This document shows, piece by piece, positions 20,160 to 30,762 of a DNA stretch of 64,000 bases. The DNA lies in NCBI GenBank assembly GCA_963707025.1, contig CAVPOM010000006.1:672001-736000 (forward strand), given 5' to 3'. Source of the DNA: an uncultured Verrucomicrobiae bacterium. Its GTDB lineage: Bacteria; Verrucomicrobiota; Verrucomicrobiia; Limisphaerales; Palsa-1400. Made by a program: the position numbers and the translations under genes. The notes under the pieces were generated by a model. That model made no database searches and had not been told where the DNA came from. It was given only the letters and a program-made list of their open reading frames with translations. Each line of letters begins with the position of its first letter. Position 1 is the first letter of the stretch.

Positions 20160-23100
20160 TCACTTCGCCAGGGCGGGCCTGGCGGAGCCGTTGATCGGCA
20201 CAGCCATCCTCTCGTAAAGGGCGAATTTGCTCAAGACCTCGTCTTGCGCGGCGTCCAGTATGGCTTTGCTCTGCGCCGGGTCCTGGCCGGCAGTGGCCTT
20301 GAAACGGCGTTCCGTGGCCCAAAACTTTTCCAGGGAAATCTTGGGCGCCGCCGAATCCAGCTTCAATCCCGGCTCGCCCGCCGCCACCCGCCGCGGATCG
20401 AACCGGTAGAGCGGCCAGAAGCCGGTGTCCACCGCCAGTTTTTGCTGGTCCAGGCTCTGCCCAAGCTCGTAACCATGCTCGATGCAGGGACAGTAGGCGA
20501 TCACCAGCGAGGTGCCGGGGTAGGACTCGGCTTCCTCGAAGGCCTTGACGGTTTGTGAATCCTTCGAGCCTAACGCCACCTGGGCCACGTAGGCGGTGCC
20601 GTAGGCCATGGCCAGCAGGCCCAGGTCTTTGCGCCCCGTCCGCTTGCCCGCCGAGGCGAACCGCGCCGCCGCGCCCCGCGGGGTCGCCTTGGACTGCTGC
20701 CCGCCTGTGTTGGAGTAAACTTCCGTGTCAAGCACAAGAATGTTGACCTTGGCGTTCATGGCGATCACATGGTCCAGGCCGCCAAAACCGATGTCGTAGG
20801 CCCAGCCGTCGCCGCCCAGAATCCAGACGGATTTTTTGACGAGCGCATCGGCCAGGGCATGCAGGCTGGAGGCTTCCGGCGCGGACAATGCTTGCAGGCG
20901 CAGCCGCAATTCGGCCACCCGCTCCCGCTGCGCCGCAATCTCCCCTTCGTTGTCTTGTTTGGCTCCGAGCAAGGCCTCCACCAATTCCCCGCCCACTTGC
21001 GGCGCGAGTTTTCGCGCCAGTTCCCGCGCGAATTCAGTTTGCTTGTCGAGGGCCACCCGGTGCCCAAAGCCATATTCGGCGTTGTCCTCAAAAAGCGAAT
21101 TGGACCACGCCGGGCCGCGTCCGGCCCCGTTGACCGTGTAAGGGGTCGTGGGCAGATTGCCGCCATAAATGGAGGAACACCCGGTGGCGTTGGCCACGAT
21201 GAGCCGGTCGCCCGACATCTGCGTCAGCAGTTTGACGTAGGGCGTTTCCCCGCAGCCCGAACAGGCCCCGGAATACTCGAAGAGCGGCTCGCGGAATTGG
21301 CTGCCTTTGACATCCATCGCCAGGCGCGTGCGGTCGGGGGAAGGCAGCTTGAGGAAAAATTCATAGTTGACCTTCTCCTGCTCGCGCAAGGCGGGCATCG
21401 GCTTCATGTTGATGGCTTTGTGTTTGGGATCCGTTTTTGCTTTCACCGGGCATACCGCCACGCACAACGTGCAACCCGTGCAATCTTCCGGAGACACCTG
21501 CAGCGAGTAGAGGGCGTCCTTGTGCTCTTGCGAGCGAAAGCCGGTGGATTTGAATTGGGCCGGCGCATTGGCCAGGTGGCTGGCCGGATAAAACTTGGCC
21601 CGGATGGCGGCGTGCGGACACACCAGCACGCATTTGTTGCATTGAATGCAGATCGCGGTGTCCCATACCGGAATTTCCAGCGCGATGGCCCGTTTTTCCC
21701 AGCGGGTCGTCCCGGAAGGCCAGGTCCCATCCACCGGGAAGGCGCTGACCGGCAGCAAATCCCCCTTGTTGGCCAGCATCAGCGCCGTGACCCGCTGCAC
21801 AAAATCCGGCGCTGCCTCCGCCACGATGGGGGGCTGATGATGACCGCTGGAGACCGCCTGCGGAATCTTGACTTGGTGCAACGCCGCCAGCGTTTGGTCC
21901 ACCGCCGCGAAGTTTTGGTCCACCACCGCCTGGCCCTTGCGGGCGTAGGTCTTGCGGATGGCTTTCTTGATTTGGGCGATGGCCTCCTCGCGCGGCAGCA
22001 CATTGGAGATGGCGAAGAAACAGGTTTGCATGATGGTATTGATGCGGCCGCCCATCCCGGCCGCCTTGGCCACCGGGTAGGCGTCAATCACATAACATTT
22101 CAGTTTCCGGGCGATGATTTCGCGCTGCACTTCCGCGGAAAAATGGTCCCACACTTCTTCCGGGCCGTAGGGCGAGTTGAGCAGGAGCGTCGCGCCCTGG
22201 CTGGCGTAATCCACCACGTTGTATCGCTCCAAAAACGGCCATTGATGGCACGCCACAAAGTCCGCCCGCTTGAGCAGGTAGGCGGCATGGATCGGTTTTG
22301 GCCCAAAGCGCAGATGCGATATGGTCACGGCCCCGGATTTCTTGGAGTCATAGACGAAATAGCCCTGCGCATACAGCTCGGTTTCCTCGCCGATGATCTT
22401 GATGGAGTTCTTGTTCGCGCCCACCGTGCCGTCCGCGCCCAGTCCGAAAAACACCGCCCGCACCTCCTCCTTCGGTTCGATCCCAAACTCTCCGTCAAAG
22501 GGCAGCGACGCATGGGTGACATCATCCACAATGCCGGCGGTAAAATGATTCTTCGGCGCGGCCAACTTCAGTTCGTCGAATACCGCCTTGACCATGGCCG
22601 GGGAAAATTCCTTGGAAGACAGGCCATAGCGCCCGCCCACCACCAGCGGTTCGGCATCAAAGGAGGCCAGCCCTTTGTCGCAAGCTTCCCGCAAGGCGGT
22701 CACCGTATCCACATAGAGCGGTTCGCCCACCGCGCCCGGCTCCTTGGTGCGGTCCAGCACGGCGATGCGCCGGGTGCTGGCGGGCAGGGCGCCGACAAAG
22801 GCCTCGACCGAAAACGGCCGGTAGAGGCGCACTCTCATCACCCCGGTCTTTTCCCCGTGCTGGTTGAGCCAGCGGGCGGTCTGTTCCGCCGTTTCGCCGC
22901 CCGAACCCATGATGACCAGCACCCGCTCGGCCTGCGCATGGCCGGCGTAATCGAACAACCGGTATTGGCGCCCGGTGATCCCCCCAAACCGGTTCATCAC
23001 CTCCTGGACGATGCCCGCCGTGCGGTCGTAATAAGGATTGCACGCTTCGCGCGCCTGGAAGAAAACATCCGGATTCTGGGCCGTGCCCCGAATGCAGGGC

Positions 23101-23771
23101 CGGTCCGGGGACAGCCCGTGGAGACGAAACGCCTGGAGGGCCTGGGTGTAGTCGTCCATCATCTCGCGCAATTGTTCGTCGGTCAGGACGCGGATTTTCG
23201 CCACTTCATGCGAGGTGCGGAACCCGTCAAAGAAATGGAGGAACGGCACGCGCGATTCCAGCGTGGCGGCATGGGCGATACAGGCCAGGTCTTGCGCCTC
23301 CTGCACCGAACCGGAGGAGAGCAGGGCAAAGCCAGTTTGCCGGCACGCCATGACGTCGGAATGATCGCCGAAAATGGACAGGCAATGCGTGGCCAGGGTG
23401 CGCGCTGTCACGTGCATGCAAAAGGGGAGCAGTTCGCCCGCGATTTTATACATGTTGGGTATCATCAACAGCAGCCCTTGGGACGCGGTGAAGGTCGTGC
23501 TCAAGGAGCCGACTTGCAACATCCCGTGCAGCGCCCCGGCGGCCCCGGCTTCCGATTGCATTTCCACCAGGCGCGGCACCGTGCCGTAGAGGTTGGGCCG
23601 GCCCGCGGCCGACCATTGATCGCACCATTCCGCCATGGGCGAGGAGGGGGTGATCGGGTAGATGGCGACCGTTTCGGTCAGGCGATAGGCGACCGAGGCC
23701 GCGGCTTCGTTGCCGTCCAGGGTGGCGAAGGGGATGGCGGGTGAACTTTGGACTTTTTGGGATGTTTTCAT
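20160..23771 (-). CDS. nifJ: Pyruvate:ferredoxin (flavodoxin) oxidoreductase, single-chain type
   Basis: DGNEAAA, YPITPS, EMQSEAGAAG, GLGADGTVGANKNS, two CxxCxxCxxxCP, GACSGCGETPY, NATGCSSIYG, GGDGWAYDIG; ATG 23771 overlaps the nuoN stop. Confidence 0.95.
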   Translation of the reverse strand: MKTSQKVQSSPAIPFATLDGNEAAASVAYRLTETVAIYPITPSSPMAEWCDQWSAAGRPNLYGTVPRLVEMQSEAGAAGALHGMLQVGSLSTTFTASQGLLLMIPNMYKIAGELLPFCMHVTARTLATHCLSIFGDHSDVMACRQTGFALLSSGSVQEAQDLACIAHAATLESRVPFLHFFDGFRTSHEVAKIRVLTDEQLREMMDDYTQALQAFRLHGLSPDRPCIRGTAQNPDVFFQAREACNPYYDRTAGIVQEVMNRFGGITGRQYRLFDYAGHAQAERVLVIMGSGGETAEQTARWLNQHGEKTGVMRVRLYRPFSVEAFVGALPASTRRIAVLDRTKEPGAVGEPLYVDTVTALREACDKGLASFDAEPLVVGGRYGLSSKEFSPAMVKAVFDELKLAAPKNHFTAGIVDDVTHASLPFDGEFGIEPKEEVRAVFFGLGADGTVGANKNSIKIIGEETELYAQGYFVYDSKKSGAVTISHLRFGPKPIHAAYLLKRADFVACHQWPFLERYNVVDYASQGATLLLNSPYGPEEVWDHFSAEVQREIIARKLKCYVIDAYPVAKAAGMGGRINTIMQTCFFAISNVLPREEAIAQIKKAIRKTYARKGQAVVDQNFAAVDQTLAALHQVKIPQAVSSGHHQPPIVAEAAPDFVQRVTALMLANKGDLLPVSAFPVDGTWPSGTTRWEKRAIALEIPVWDTAICIQCNKCVLVCPHAAIRAKFYPASHLANAPAQFKSTGFRSQEHKDALYSLQVSPEDCTGCTLCVAVCPVKAKTDPKHKAINMKPMPALREQEKVNYEFFLKLPSPDRTRLAMDVKGSQFREPLFEYSGACSGCGETPYVKLLTQMSGDRLIVANATGCSSIYGGNLPTTPYTVNGAGRGPAWSNSLFEDNAEYGFGHRVALDKQTEFARELARKLAPQVGGELVEALLGAKQDNEGEIAAQRERVAELRLRLQALSAPEASSLHALADALVKKSVWILGGDGWAYDIGFGGLDHVIAMNAKVNILVLDTEVYSNTGGQQSKATPRGAAARFASAGKRTGRKDLGLLAMAYGTAYVAQVALGSKDSQTVKAFEEAESYPGTSLVIAYCPCIEHGYELGQSLDQQKLAVDTGFWPLYRFDPRRVAAGEPGLKLDSAAPKISLEKFWATERRFKATAGQDPAQSKAILDAAQDEVLSKFALYERMAVPINGSARPALAK

Positions 23772-25282
23772 AATTGGATAAATGCAGAGTGGAGTGACAC
23801 GGGCAGTTTTCCCAGCAACCAGCCGGGCGCGCAACCCAGGGCGATGACCAGCCCGGCCAGCAGCGCAATGGAAAGGAGCGCCGCATAAGGCGGGCAAAAC
23901 GGTTTGCTGTCCGCGGGTGGCTCGGCGCTGTAAATCTGTTTGAGCACTTGCAGATAGTAATAGAGCGAAATGGCGCTGGCCGCAACCGCAACGATGACCA
24001 GCCAAAGCATGGCCAAATCCGGCTTGCCGGCCGCGCTCGTGCCGCCCAGGGCCGCGGTGAACACATAGAACTTGCCGAAGAAACCGCCCAGCGGGGGAAT
24101 GCCGGCCAGCGAGAGCATGAAGACGAACATGCAGGCCGAGAGCAGCGGCGCGCGCCGGCCCAGCCCGGCCCAGTCCGCCAGCCCGTCCCGCCCGCCGCTG
24201 TTTTCAACCACCGCCACCACCGCAAAGGCCCCCAGCACGGTCAGCGCGTAAGTGATGACATAAAAGAACAGCGCCGGAACCATTTGCTGCGAGTTACCAA
24301 AGAAAGCGAGCAGCGCATAGCCGGCGTGGGCAATGGCCGAATAGGCCAGCAACCGCTTGACCCGGGTCTGCACCAGGGCCGCGATGTTGCCCGCCACCAT
24401 CGAGACCACCGCCAGCACCGCCAGCACCGGCATCCATCCCGCCGCAAAGGAATGCCAGGCGGCGCTGCCGTGCATCGGGCCAAATCCCTCCACGATGATT
24501 CTGGCGAGCACAAAGAAGCTGGCCACCTTCGATCCCGACGCGATGAAACAGGCGATGGGCGCCGGCGCTCCCTCATAGACATCCGGCGCCCAGAAATGAA
24601 ACGGCGCCGCCGCCACTTTGAAGGCGAAGCCAGCCAGGGTCATGACCAGCCCGGCATAAAAGACCGGCTCCAGCGGCGGTGATTTCAGTTTCACCGCAAT
24701 GGTTTCGGCCAGCGATCCCAGTTGCAGATCCCCGGTCAAGCCATAGAGCAGGCTGATGCCAAAAAGCGTGAACGCCGCCGCCACGCTGCCGAAGAGAAAG
24801 TATTTCAACGCCCCCTCGGCCGACGGCAGGCTCCCCTTGTTAAAAGCCGTCAGCACATAGAGCGGCAGGCTGAGCATTTCCAGCGCGATAAAGATCATCA
24901 AAAGATTGTCGGAACTGATCAGCAGCAGCAAGCCGGCGGTGGCGATGAGGAGCAGCGCAAAATACTCCCCGAGGTGCCGCGTGAACCGCGCCCCGAAGGA
25001 AAGAACCGCCACCACCAGCGTCAAGCCCAGCAGGGCCATTTTCAAGAATTGCGTCAACGGAGTCAGGGCCAGCATTTCGGCCGTCTTGCCTCCCGGCCCC
25101 AACGCGATCCACATCATGGCGGCCAGGCATCCCAGGCAAGCCGTCCCGCCAATCGCCCCCGCCCGAAAGGCCAGGCTTTTGCGCCGCACCAACGCAAAAT
25201 CCAGGAGCAGCGCCGCCAGCGCGGACACAATCACGATTTCCTCGGGCACCAGCGGAATCGTCCACTGCAAAGAAAGGCTCAT
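23768..25282 (-). CDS. nuoN: NADH-quinone oxidoreductase subunit N
   Basis: EGALKYFLFGS, FKVAAAPFHFWAPDVYEGAP, KRLLAYSAIAHAGY, SLAGIPPLGGFFGK. Confidence 0.93.
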   Translation of the reverse strand: MSLSLQWTIPLVPEEIVIVSALAALLLDFALVRRKSLAFRAGAIGGTACLGCLAAMMWIALGPGGKTAEMLALTPLTQFLKMALLGLTLVVAVLSFGARFTRHLGEYFALLLIATAGLLLLISSDNLLMIFIALEMLSLPLYVLTAFNKGSLPSAEGALKYFLFGSVAAAFTLFGISLLYGLTGDLQLGSLAETIAVKLKSPPLEPVFYAGLVMTLAGFAFKVAAAPFHFWAPDVYEGAPAPIACFIASGSKVASFFVLARIIVEGFGPMHGSAAWHSFAAGWMPVLAVLAVVSMVAGNIAALVQTRVKRLLAYSAIAHAGYALLAFFGNSQQMVPALFFYVITYALTVLGAFAVVAVVENSGGRDGLADWAGLGRRAPLLSACMFVFMLSLAGIPPLGGFFGKFYVFTAALGGTSAAGKPDLAMLWLVIVAVAASAISLYYYLQVLKQIYSAEPPADSKPFCPPYAALLSIALLAGLVIALGCAPGWLLGKLPVSLHSAFIQL

Positions 25283-26766
25283 GGCAAGCCTCCTTTCCAG
25301 AGCGGTTGAAACAGGGGCGAGCGCAGCGTCGGCGTTATCAGGTTCAGGAGCAATCCGGGCCACAAGCCGATCAGGACCGTCGTGCCCAGGAGCAGATACG
25401 CTCCCGCCCGTTCGGCGATGCTAATGGGTTCAATCCGGATCGCGGCCGGCTGGCTCTCGTTCTCCGCGAAAAAGCCCTTGATCCAGATGCGCACCATGAA
25501 GGCGATGCCCACCAGAATCCCGACTCCCGCAAAAATGGTCAGGCGGGGGAAAACCCCCCAGGCGCCCGCCAGCACCTGCAATTCGGCGATAAACCCGCTG
25601 AAACCGGGCAACCCCATGGAGGCCGCCCCCGCAATCACAAAGGTAACTGCCGCAAACGGCGCCAGAACGCTCAGATTCATCGGCTGCAATTCGCTTAATA
25701 AACGCCTATGGGTCCGGTCGTAAACCATCCGGCCAACCACGGCAAAAAGCAGGCCGGCGATAATGCCGTGCGAAAACATTTGCAGGACCGCGCCGCTCAG
25801 GCCGATTTGGGTCAGGGTCATCAGGCCGAGCAAGACAAAGCCCATGTGGCTCACGCTCGAATAGCCGATGACAAATTTGATGTCGCGTTGCACCAGCGCC
25901 ACCGTGGCCCCATAAACGATGCCGATCACGGCCAACAGGGCGATTTCATTTTGCCAGTAACGCAGCCCGTCTGGAAAAAGCGTCATGGCCACGCGCAACG
26001 CCCCGTAGGCCCCCAGTTTCATCACCACCCCGGCCAGCAACATGGAAGCCGCCGTGGGCGCGGCCACATGCCCGGTCGGCGCCCAAGTGTGGAAGGGCCA
26101 TAGTCCGGCCAGCACCGCAAAGCCGACAAAGACCAGCAGGAAAGCCCAGTGTTGAAAGGCCACCGGGAAAGACTGTTTGGACAGAACGACCAAATCAAAC
26201 GTGTGCGCCCCGGAGACGACGTAGGCGGCCATCAATCCGAGGAGGACCATCGCGCTGCCCACCAACGAATAGAGGGCCAGTTTCATCGCCCCGTATTCCT
26301 TGCGGGTTGATCCCCACACGGCAATGAGGAAGTATTTCGGAATGATGGCGATTTCGTAAAAGACGAACAGCAGAAAGAGATCAAAGCTCAGAAAAACCCC
26401 ATAGACCCCGCCGATCAGCGCCAGATAGAGCGCGAAAAACTCCTTGGTGCGCCGCTCGATGTTCCAGGAAAACAACACCCCCGCCACCGCCGCAATGCCG
26501 GTCAGCAACACCAGCGTGATGCTCACCCCGTCCGCGGCCAGGTGAAAATTGATGCCCAGATCCTTGATCCACGAGATATTGACGAGGTCCACCTGCACGC
26601 CGGATGGGGTCTGGCGCTCGTATTGCACCGCGCCGGCCAGGCCGAGCGCCAGTCCCGCCAGGGCCGTCAGCAGGGCCGTGATCCGCGCCGCCCGCCGGCG
26701 CTGCGGCGGCAGCAGCACCAGCGCCGCCGCGCCCAGAAACGAGATATAAATGGTCCAGGACAGCAT
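25279..26766 (-). CDS. nuoM: NADH-quinone oxidoreductase subunit M, second copy
   Basis: FVFYEIAIIP, WPFHTWAPTGHVAAPT, VMKLGAYG, YSSVSHMG, MGLPGFSGFIAE. Confidence 0.9.
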   Translation of the reverse strand: MLSWTIYISFLGAAALVLLPPQRRRAARITALLTALAGLALGLAGAVQYERQTPSGVQVDLVNISWIKDLGINFHLAADGVSITLVLLTGIAAVAGVLFSWNIERRTKEFFALYLALIGGVYGVFLSFDLFLLFVFYEIAIIPKYFLIAVWGSTRKEYGAMKLALYSLVGSAMVLLGLMAAYVVSGAHTFDLVVLSKQSFPVAFQHWAFLLVFVGFAVLAGLWPFHTWAPTGHVAAPTAASMLLAGVVMKLGAYGALRVAMTLFPDGLRYWQNEIALLAVIGIVYGATVALVQRDIKFVIGYSSVSHMGFVLLGLMTLTQIGLSGAVLQMFSHGIIAGLLFAVVGRMVYDRTHRRLLSELQPMNLSVLAPFAAVTFVIAGAASMGLPGFSGFIAELQVLAGAWGVFPRLTIFAGVGILVGIAFMVRIWIKGFFAENESQPAAIRIEPISIAERAGAYLLLGTTVLIGLWPGLLLNLITPTLRSPLFQPLWKGGLP

Positions 26767-26769
26767 GGT

Positions 26770-28332
26770 TCAAAAATGTTTTAACATGGCCAGCGCGGCC
26801 GGATTGGCCACGCGGATGAGTATTTGCGGACAAATCCCCAGCACAAAAATCAGGGCGATGACCGGCCCCAGCGTCCAGCGCTCGCCGGTCGTCAGGTCCT
26901 TCCAGCCGGCCCAGCGATTGGGCAGCGGCCCGCTGAAGACCCGCTGCAAAATGGTCAGCAGAAAAATCGCCGTGATGAGCAGCCCGAGGGTCGAGACCGC
27001 CGCGGCCCACCCCGCCAGCGGCAAAGCCCCTTTGAAAATCAGAAACTCGCTGACAAATCCATTCAGCCCGGGCAATCCGAGCGACGCCAGCAGAGTGATG
27101 CCCATCAATCCGCAAAAAACCGGCGCCGCTTTGCGCAGGCCCCCAAAATCGTCCAGCCCGCGCAGCCCGCCGCTCCGCTGCTCGATCAGCCCGACAAAAT
27201 AAAAGAGGGCCGAGGCCGTCAGACCGTGATTGAACATTTGCAGCATGACCCCGTTGAGGGCGGCGGCTTTATCGGCAGTCGAATCCGCCGTGTCCCCGGT
27301 CAGTTGCACCGCGACAAAAATGCCCAGGAGGCAGTAGCCGACGTGATTGATCGAGGAATAAGCCACCATCCGTTTCAAATCCCGCTGGGCCAGCGCCGCC
27401 GCCGCCGAAAAGACGATCGTCGCCACCGCCAAGCAGAGCAGGGGGGGTTGCATGGCCTGCATCTGCGCCGGAAAGAGCGGCAGCAAAATGCGCAAAAATC
27501 CATACACCCCCATTTTCGACATCGCCCCGGTCAGCAGCATGGACGTGCCGGTGGGCGCTTCGGCATAAGCCGACGGCAGCCAGGTATGGAAGGGCATGAG
27601 CGGCGCTTTCACCGCGAACCCAAGGAACACGCCGGCAAATACCAGGGTGGCCAGCGTTTCTTTGGAGTGGAAAAAGGCGCCGCCCAGTTTGGCCAGCTTG
27701 TCTTGCAGCTCGCCGTTCCGGGCCAGTTCGGACAGCTTTGCAAAGTCAAACACTCCCGTCGCCGCGAAAATGGCCAGGAAGCCCAGCAGCATGGCCACGC
27801 TGCCGGCCAGTGTGTATATGAAGAACTGGCTGGCCGCCCGCGTGCGCCGGGGGCCACCCCACATCTTGATCAGGAAATACGCCGGAATCAGGCCCAGTTC
27901 CCAATAGATAAACCAGTGGAAAAAGTTCAGCGCGGTAAAGGTGCCGAACAGGCCGGCTTCTAAAAACAGAATCAGGGCAAAATAGAGCTTCGCATTCTGC
28001 TCGATTTTCCACGAGGCCATCATGGCAAAGGGCACCAGCAGCGCCGACAGGCCCACCATCAAAAGCCCCAATCCATCAATGCCCAGGTGGTAATCAATCC
28101 CCTGGTAATCATTCGCCGGCGACGGCACCCACGGGAGGTTCTCGGCGAATTGCCAGCCAAGCTGGCCGGGGTCGAACGCCGCCCACAACAGCGCCGCCAC
28201 GCCCAGTGCCAGCAGGCTCGCTCCGAAGGCAATGCGACGCGCCACTTTTGCGGGACCGGGCGCCAGCAGCGCCGCTCCGCCGCCGAGCAGCGGGATCAAC
28301 GTCAGAACGCTCAGCAATGGAATCCCTTTCAT
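26770..28332 (-). CDS. nuoM: NADH-quinone oxidoreductase subunit M, first copy
   Basis: YHLGIDG, YWELGLIP, AVKAPLMPFHTWLP, SKMGVYG, AYSSINHVG, LGLPGLNGFVSE. Confidence 0.92.
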   Translation of the reverse strand: MKGIPLLSVLTLIPLLGGGAALLAPGPAKVARRIAFGASLLALGVAALLWAAFDPGQLGWQFAENLPWVPSPANDYQGIDYHLGIDGLGLLMVGLSALLVPFAMMASWKIEQNAKLYFALILFLEAGLFGTFTALNFFHWFIYWELGLIPAYFLIKMWGGPRRTRAASQFFIYTLAGSVAMLLGFLAIFAATGVFDFAKLSELARNGELQDKLAKLGGAFFHSKETLATLVFAGVFLGFAVKAPLMPFHTWLPSAYAEAPTGTSMLLTGAMSKMGVYGFLRILLPLFPAQMQAMQPPLLCLAVATIVFSAAAALAQRDLKRMVAYSSINHVGYCLLGIFVAVQLTGDTADSTADKAAALNGVMLQMFNHGLTASALFYFVGLIEQRSGGLRGLDDFGGLRKAAPVFCGLMGITLLASLGLPGLNGFVSEFLIFKGALPLAGWAAAVSTLGLLITAIFLLTILQRVFSGPLPNRWAGWKDLTTGERWTLGPVIALIFVLGICPQILIRVANPAALAMLKHF

Positions 28333-30362
28333 GCGCACCCCCAGATCAAGGCCAGCGCCAGCAGAGCGACGGCCAGGCCCGCCATTCGCAAATAGCGCTG
28401 TACCCGCCCATTTTGCGCCCAGGCCAGGAAACCTCCCGCGCCACGCAGTTCTTCGCAGCCCAAATCGAAACCGGCATTGATCCCCAATTCGTCAATGGCG
28501 CGGTTGCACAGCGCCCACACCATCGTCAACCCGGATAGCGCGTTGACCGCTCCCGCCCAGATCACCCGATCCAGCCAGTCGGCGCAGTTCGAAAACGCCG
28601 CGTTCAGCCGGATCACTGTCGCCTCATAAATCTCGTCCACCCAAAATTTATTTTGGAGCAACCGAAAGACCGCCGGCACGGATTTCTCCAACGGGTCTGC
28701 TTCCCGGCTGCTTTGCGCCGCCACATTGGAATAGATTCGCCAGCCCAGAAACAGGGCCGCGCCAACGACGATGGTGGACAGCAGCATCAGACTGAGTTGC
28801 GGGCCGGCCAGGAGGGCCGCGGGCGTGAACCGGACCTGTTCTCCGTTCAAATAGGAGGCGAACCAGGGCCAGGCCGGCGTTCCCAGGAATCCAGCCAGCA
28901 CCGCGAAGCCCGCCAGGATCATAAGAGGAACCGTCATCACGGCGGGGCTTTCATGCGCCGGAACTCGCGAGCCGGCCGCATCGGCTGGTTTTCCGAAGAA
29001 CACCCAGCTTACCTGCCGGGTCATGTAAAAGGCCGTCAGAAAAGCCCCTGCCACGCCCAGATAAAATGGCACCGCCGACACATCCCAAACTCGCGCCGCG
29101 TGCAGGATTTCATCCTTGCTCCAGAAGCCGGAGAAGAACAGCGGCACACCGCACAGCGCCATCATGCCCGCGGCGTAAGTCGCGAACGTCCACGGCATCA
29201 GCCTTTTCAGGCCGCCCATTTTGCGGATGTCCTGTTCGCCATGACAGCCGTGAATGACCGAGCCTGCGCCCAGAAAGAGGAGCGACTTGAAAAAGGCGTG
29301 CGTGATCAGATGAAACATTCCCACCGCCACCCCGCCCACGCCCAGGCCCATCATCATGTAGCCCAATTGCGAGATCGTGGAAAAAGCGATGATTCGCTTG
29401 ATGTCGTTCTGCGCCACCGCGATGGCCGCGGCAAACACGGCGGTGATGGCCCCCACCCAGGTGATGACTTGGAGGGCCGCCGGATGCGGACCGGCGCTCA
29501 TCAGCGGATACATGCGGGCCACCAGAAACACTCCCGCCGCCACCATGGTGGCGGCATGGATCAGCGCGCTGACCGGGGTCGGGCCTTCCATGGCGTCGGG
29601 CAGCCAGACGTGCAGGGGGAACTGGCCGGATTTTCCCATGGCCCCCATGAAAATCAGCAGGGAGATGGCGGTCGAAACCGCCATGCCGCCCACGGTGGCG
29701 GCGGTCGCCAGATGTGTCAGCGAGGATTGTTCCAGACAGCCGTTGCCGTGGTCGTAAAAGAGCAGTGTGCCGCTTTTGCTATAGAGCCAGAGCATGCCCA
29801 GCAGAAGCCCCAAGTCGCCAAGGCGCGTGGTGATGAAGGCTTTTTTTGCCGCCGCCGCCGCCGCCGGCTTTTCAAACCAGAAACCGATCAGCAGGTAGGA
29901 CGACAGGCCGACCAATTCCCAGCAGATGAACAGCAGGAGCAGGCTGTTGGCGATGACTATGCCCAGCATGGCCGCGGCAAACAGCGACATGAAACAGAAG
30001 AACCGGGTGTAATTCCCGTCCTGCGCCATGTAGCCCAGGCTGTAAATGAAAATGAGCAGCGACAGCAACGCCACCATCATCAGCATAATCGCGGTCAGGG
30101 GATCCAGCACCCAGCCCAGCGGCACCGCCGTGGCGGCGGTGGCGCCCAGATCGAACCAGCGAAAACTCCACGTCTGCCGGAACGGATGCGCGCTCAAGCT
30201 GGTCAGGAAGGCCACACAGGACAGCACCAGGCAAACCGCCATTCCCCCAATGGCCAGCGTCGCCGCCCATTGCCGCCGCTCGCGCTTGAGCAACGACCCC
30301 AGGCCCGCCATCACCAGCGGCACCGCCGGAATCAACCACAGGTATTTGACGACGTATTCCAT
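28329..30362 (-). CDS. nuoL: NADH-quinone oxidoreductase subunit L with lengthened C-terminal amphipathic helix
   Basis: WELVGLSSYLLIGFW, GKSGQFPLHVWLPDAMEGPTPVSALIHAATMV, THAFFKSLLFLGAG. Confidence 0.95.
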   Translation of the reverse strand: MEYVVKYLWLIPAVPLVMAGLGSLLKRERRQWAATLAIGGMAVCLVLSCVAFLTSLSAHPFRQTWSFRWFDLGATAATAVPLGWVLDPLTAIMLMMVALLSLLIFIYSLGYMAQDGNYTRFFCFMSLFAAAMLGIVIANSLLLLFICWELVGLSSYLLIGFWFEKPAAAAAAKKAFITTRLGDLGLLLGMLWLYSKSGTLLFYDHGNGCLEQSSLTHLATAATVGGMAVSTAISLLIFMGAMGKSGQFPLHVWLPDAMEGPTPVSALIHAATMVAAGVFLVARMYPLMSAGPHPAALQVITWVGAITAVFAAAIAVAQNDIKRIIAFSTISQLGYMMMGLGVGGVAVGMFHLITHAFFKSLLFLGAGSVIHGCHGEQDIRKMGGLKRLMPWTFATYAAGMMALCGVPLFFSGFWSKDEILHAARVWDVSAVPFYLGVAGAFLTAFYMTRQVSWVFFGKPADAAGSRVPAHESPAVMTVPLMILAGFAVLAGFLGTPAWPWFASYLNGEQVRFTPAALLAGPQLSLMLLSTIVVGAALFLGWRIYSNVAAQSSREADPLEKSVPAVFRLLQNKFWVDEIYEATVIRLNAAFSNCADWLDRVIWAGAVNALSGLTMVWALCNRAIDELGINAGFDLGCEELRGAGGFLAWAQNGRVQRYLRMAGLAVALLALALIWGCA

Positions 30363-30365
30363 CTT

Positions 30366-30689
30366 TCAACCTTTCAGCGCATCCAATCTATCCACTTGCG
30401 TGGTCTTTCGTTGACGGTAGATGGCAATGACCAGCGCCAGGCCGACTGCCGCCTCGGCGGCCGCGATGGCGATGGAAAAAAGCACGAACATCACGCCGGT
30501 CAACGCCTCCGGGTGAGGCCCATACCGCCAGAACGCGATAAAATTCAAGTTCGCCGCATTGAGCATCAATTCGATGCCGATGAGCACCAGGATGGCGCTG
30601 CGGCGCGCCACCACGCCCGCGAAACCGATGCTGAACAGCAACGCCGACAGGATCAGATAATGGGAGAGAAGCGGGTTCATTTCATCCAT
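30366..30689 (-). CDS. nuoK: NADH-quinone oxidoreductase subunit K
   Basis: [21 protein letters not shown]. Confidence 0.95.
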   Translation of the reverse strand: MDEMNPLLSHYLILSALLFSIGFAGVVARRSAILVLIGIELMLNAANLNFIAFWRYGPHPEALTGVMFVLFSIAIAAAEAAVGLALVIAIYRQRKTTQVDRLDALKG

Positions 30690-30726
30690 ATGCCCGGAAG
30701 CATTTCGCCTTTTGGGTAACTTCTCC

Positions 30727-30762
30727 TAATCTTAATCTTAATCATAATCATAATCTTAATCT
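30727..30762 (+). repeat. Hexamer microsatellite (TAATCT/TAATCA)x6
   Basis: TAATCT TAATCT TAATCA TAATCA TAATCT TAATCT; overlaps the nuoJ stop codon. Confidence 0.9.

Noticed and set aside
20769..23744. Long antisense ORF (991 aa) and similar shadow ORFs (e.g. 28653-30719, 48714-50483, 3509-4876)
   Set aside because: They lie opposite well-supported genes and are expected from GC-rich codon bias; no recognisable motifs
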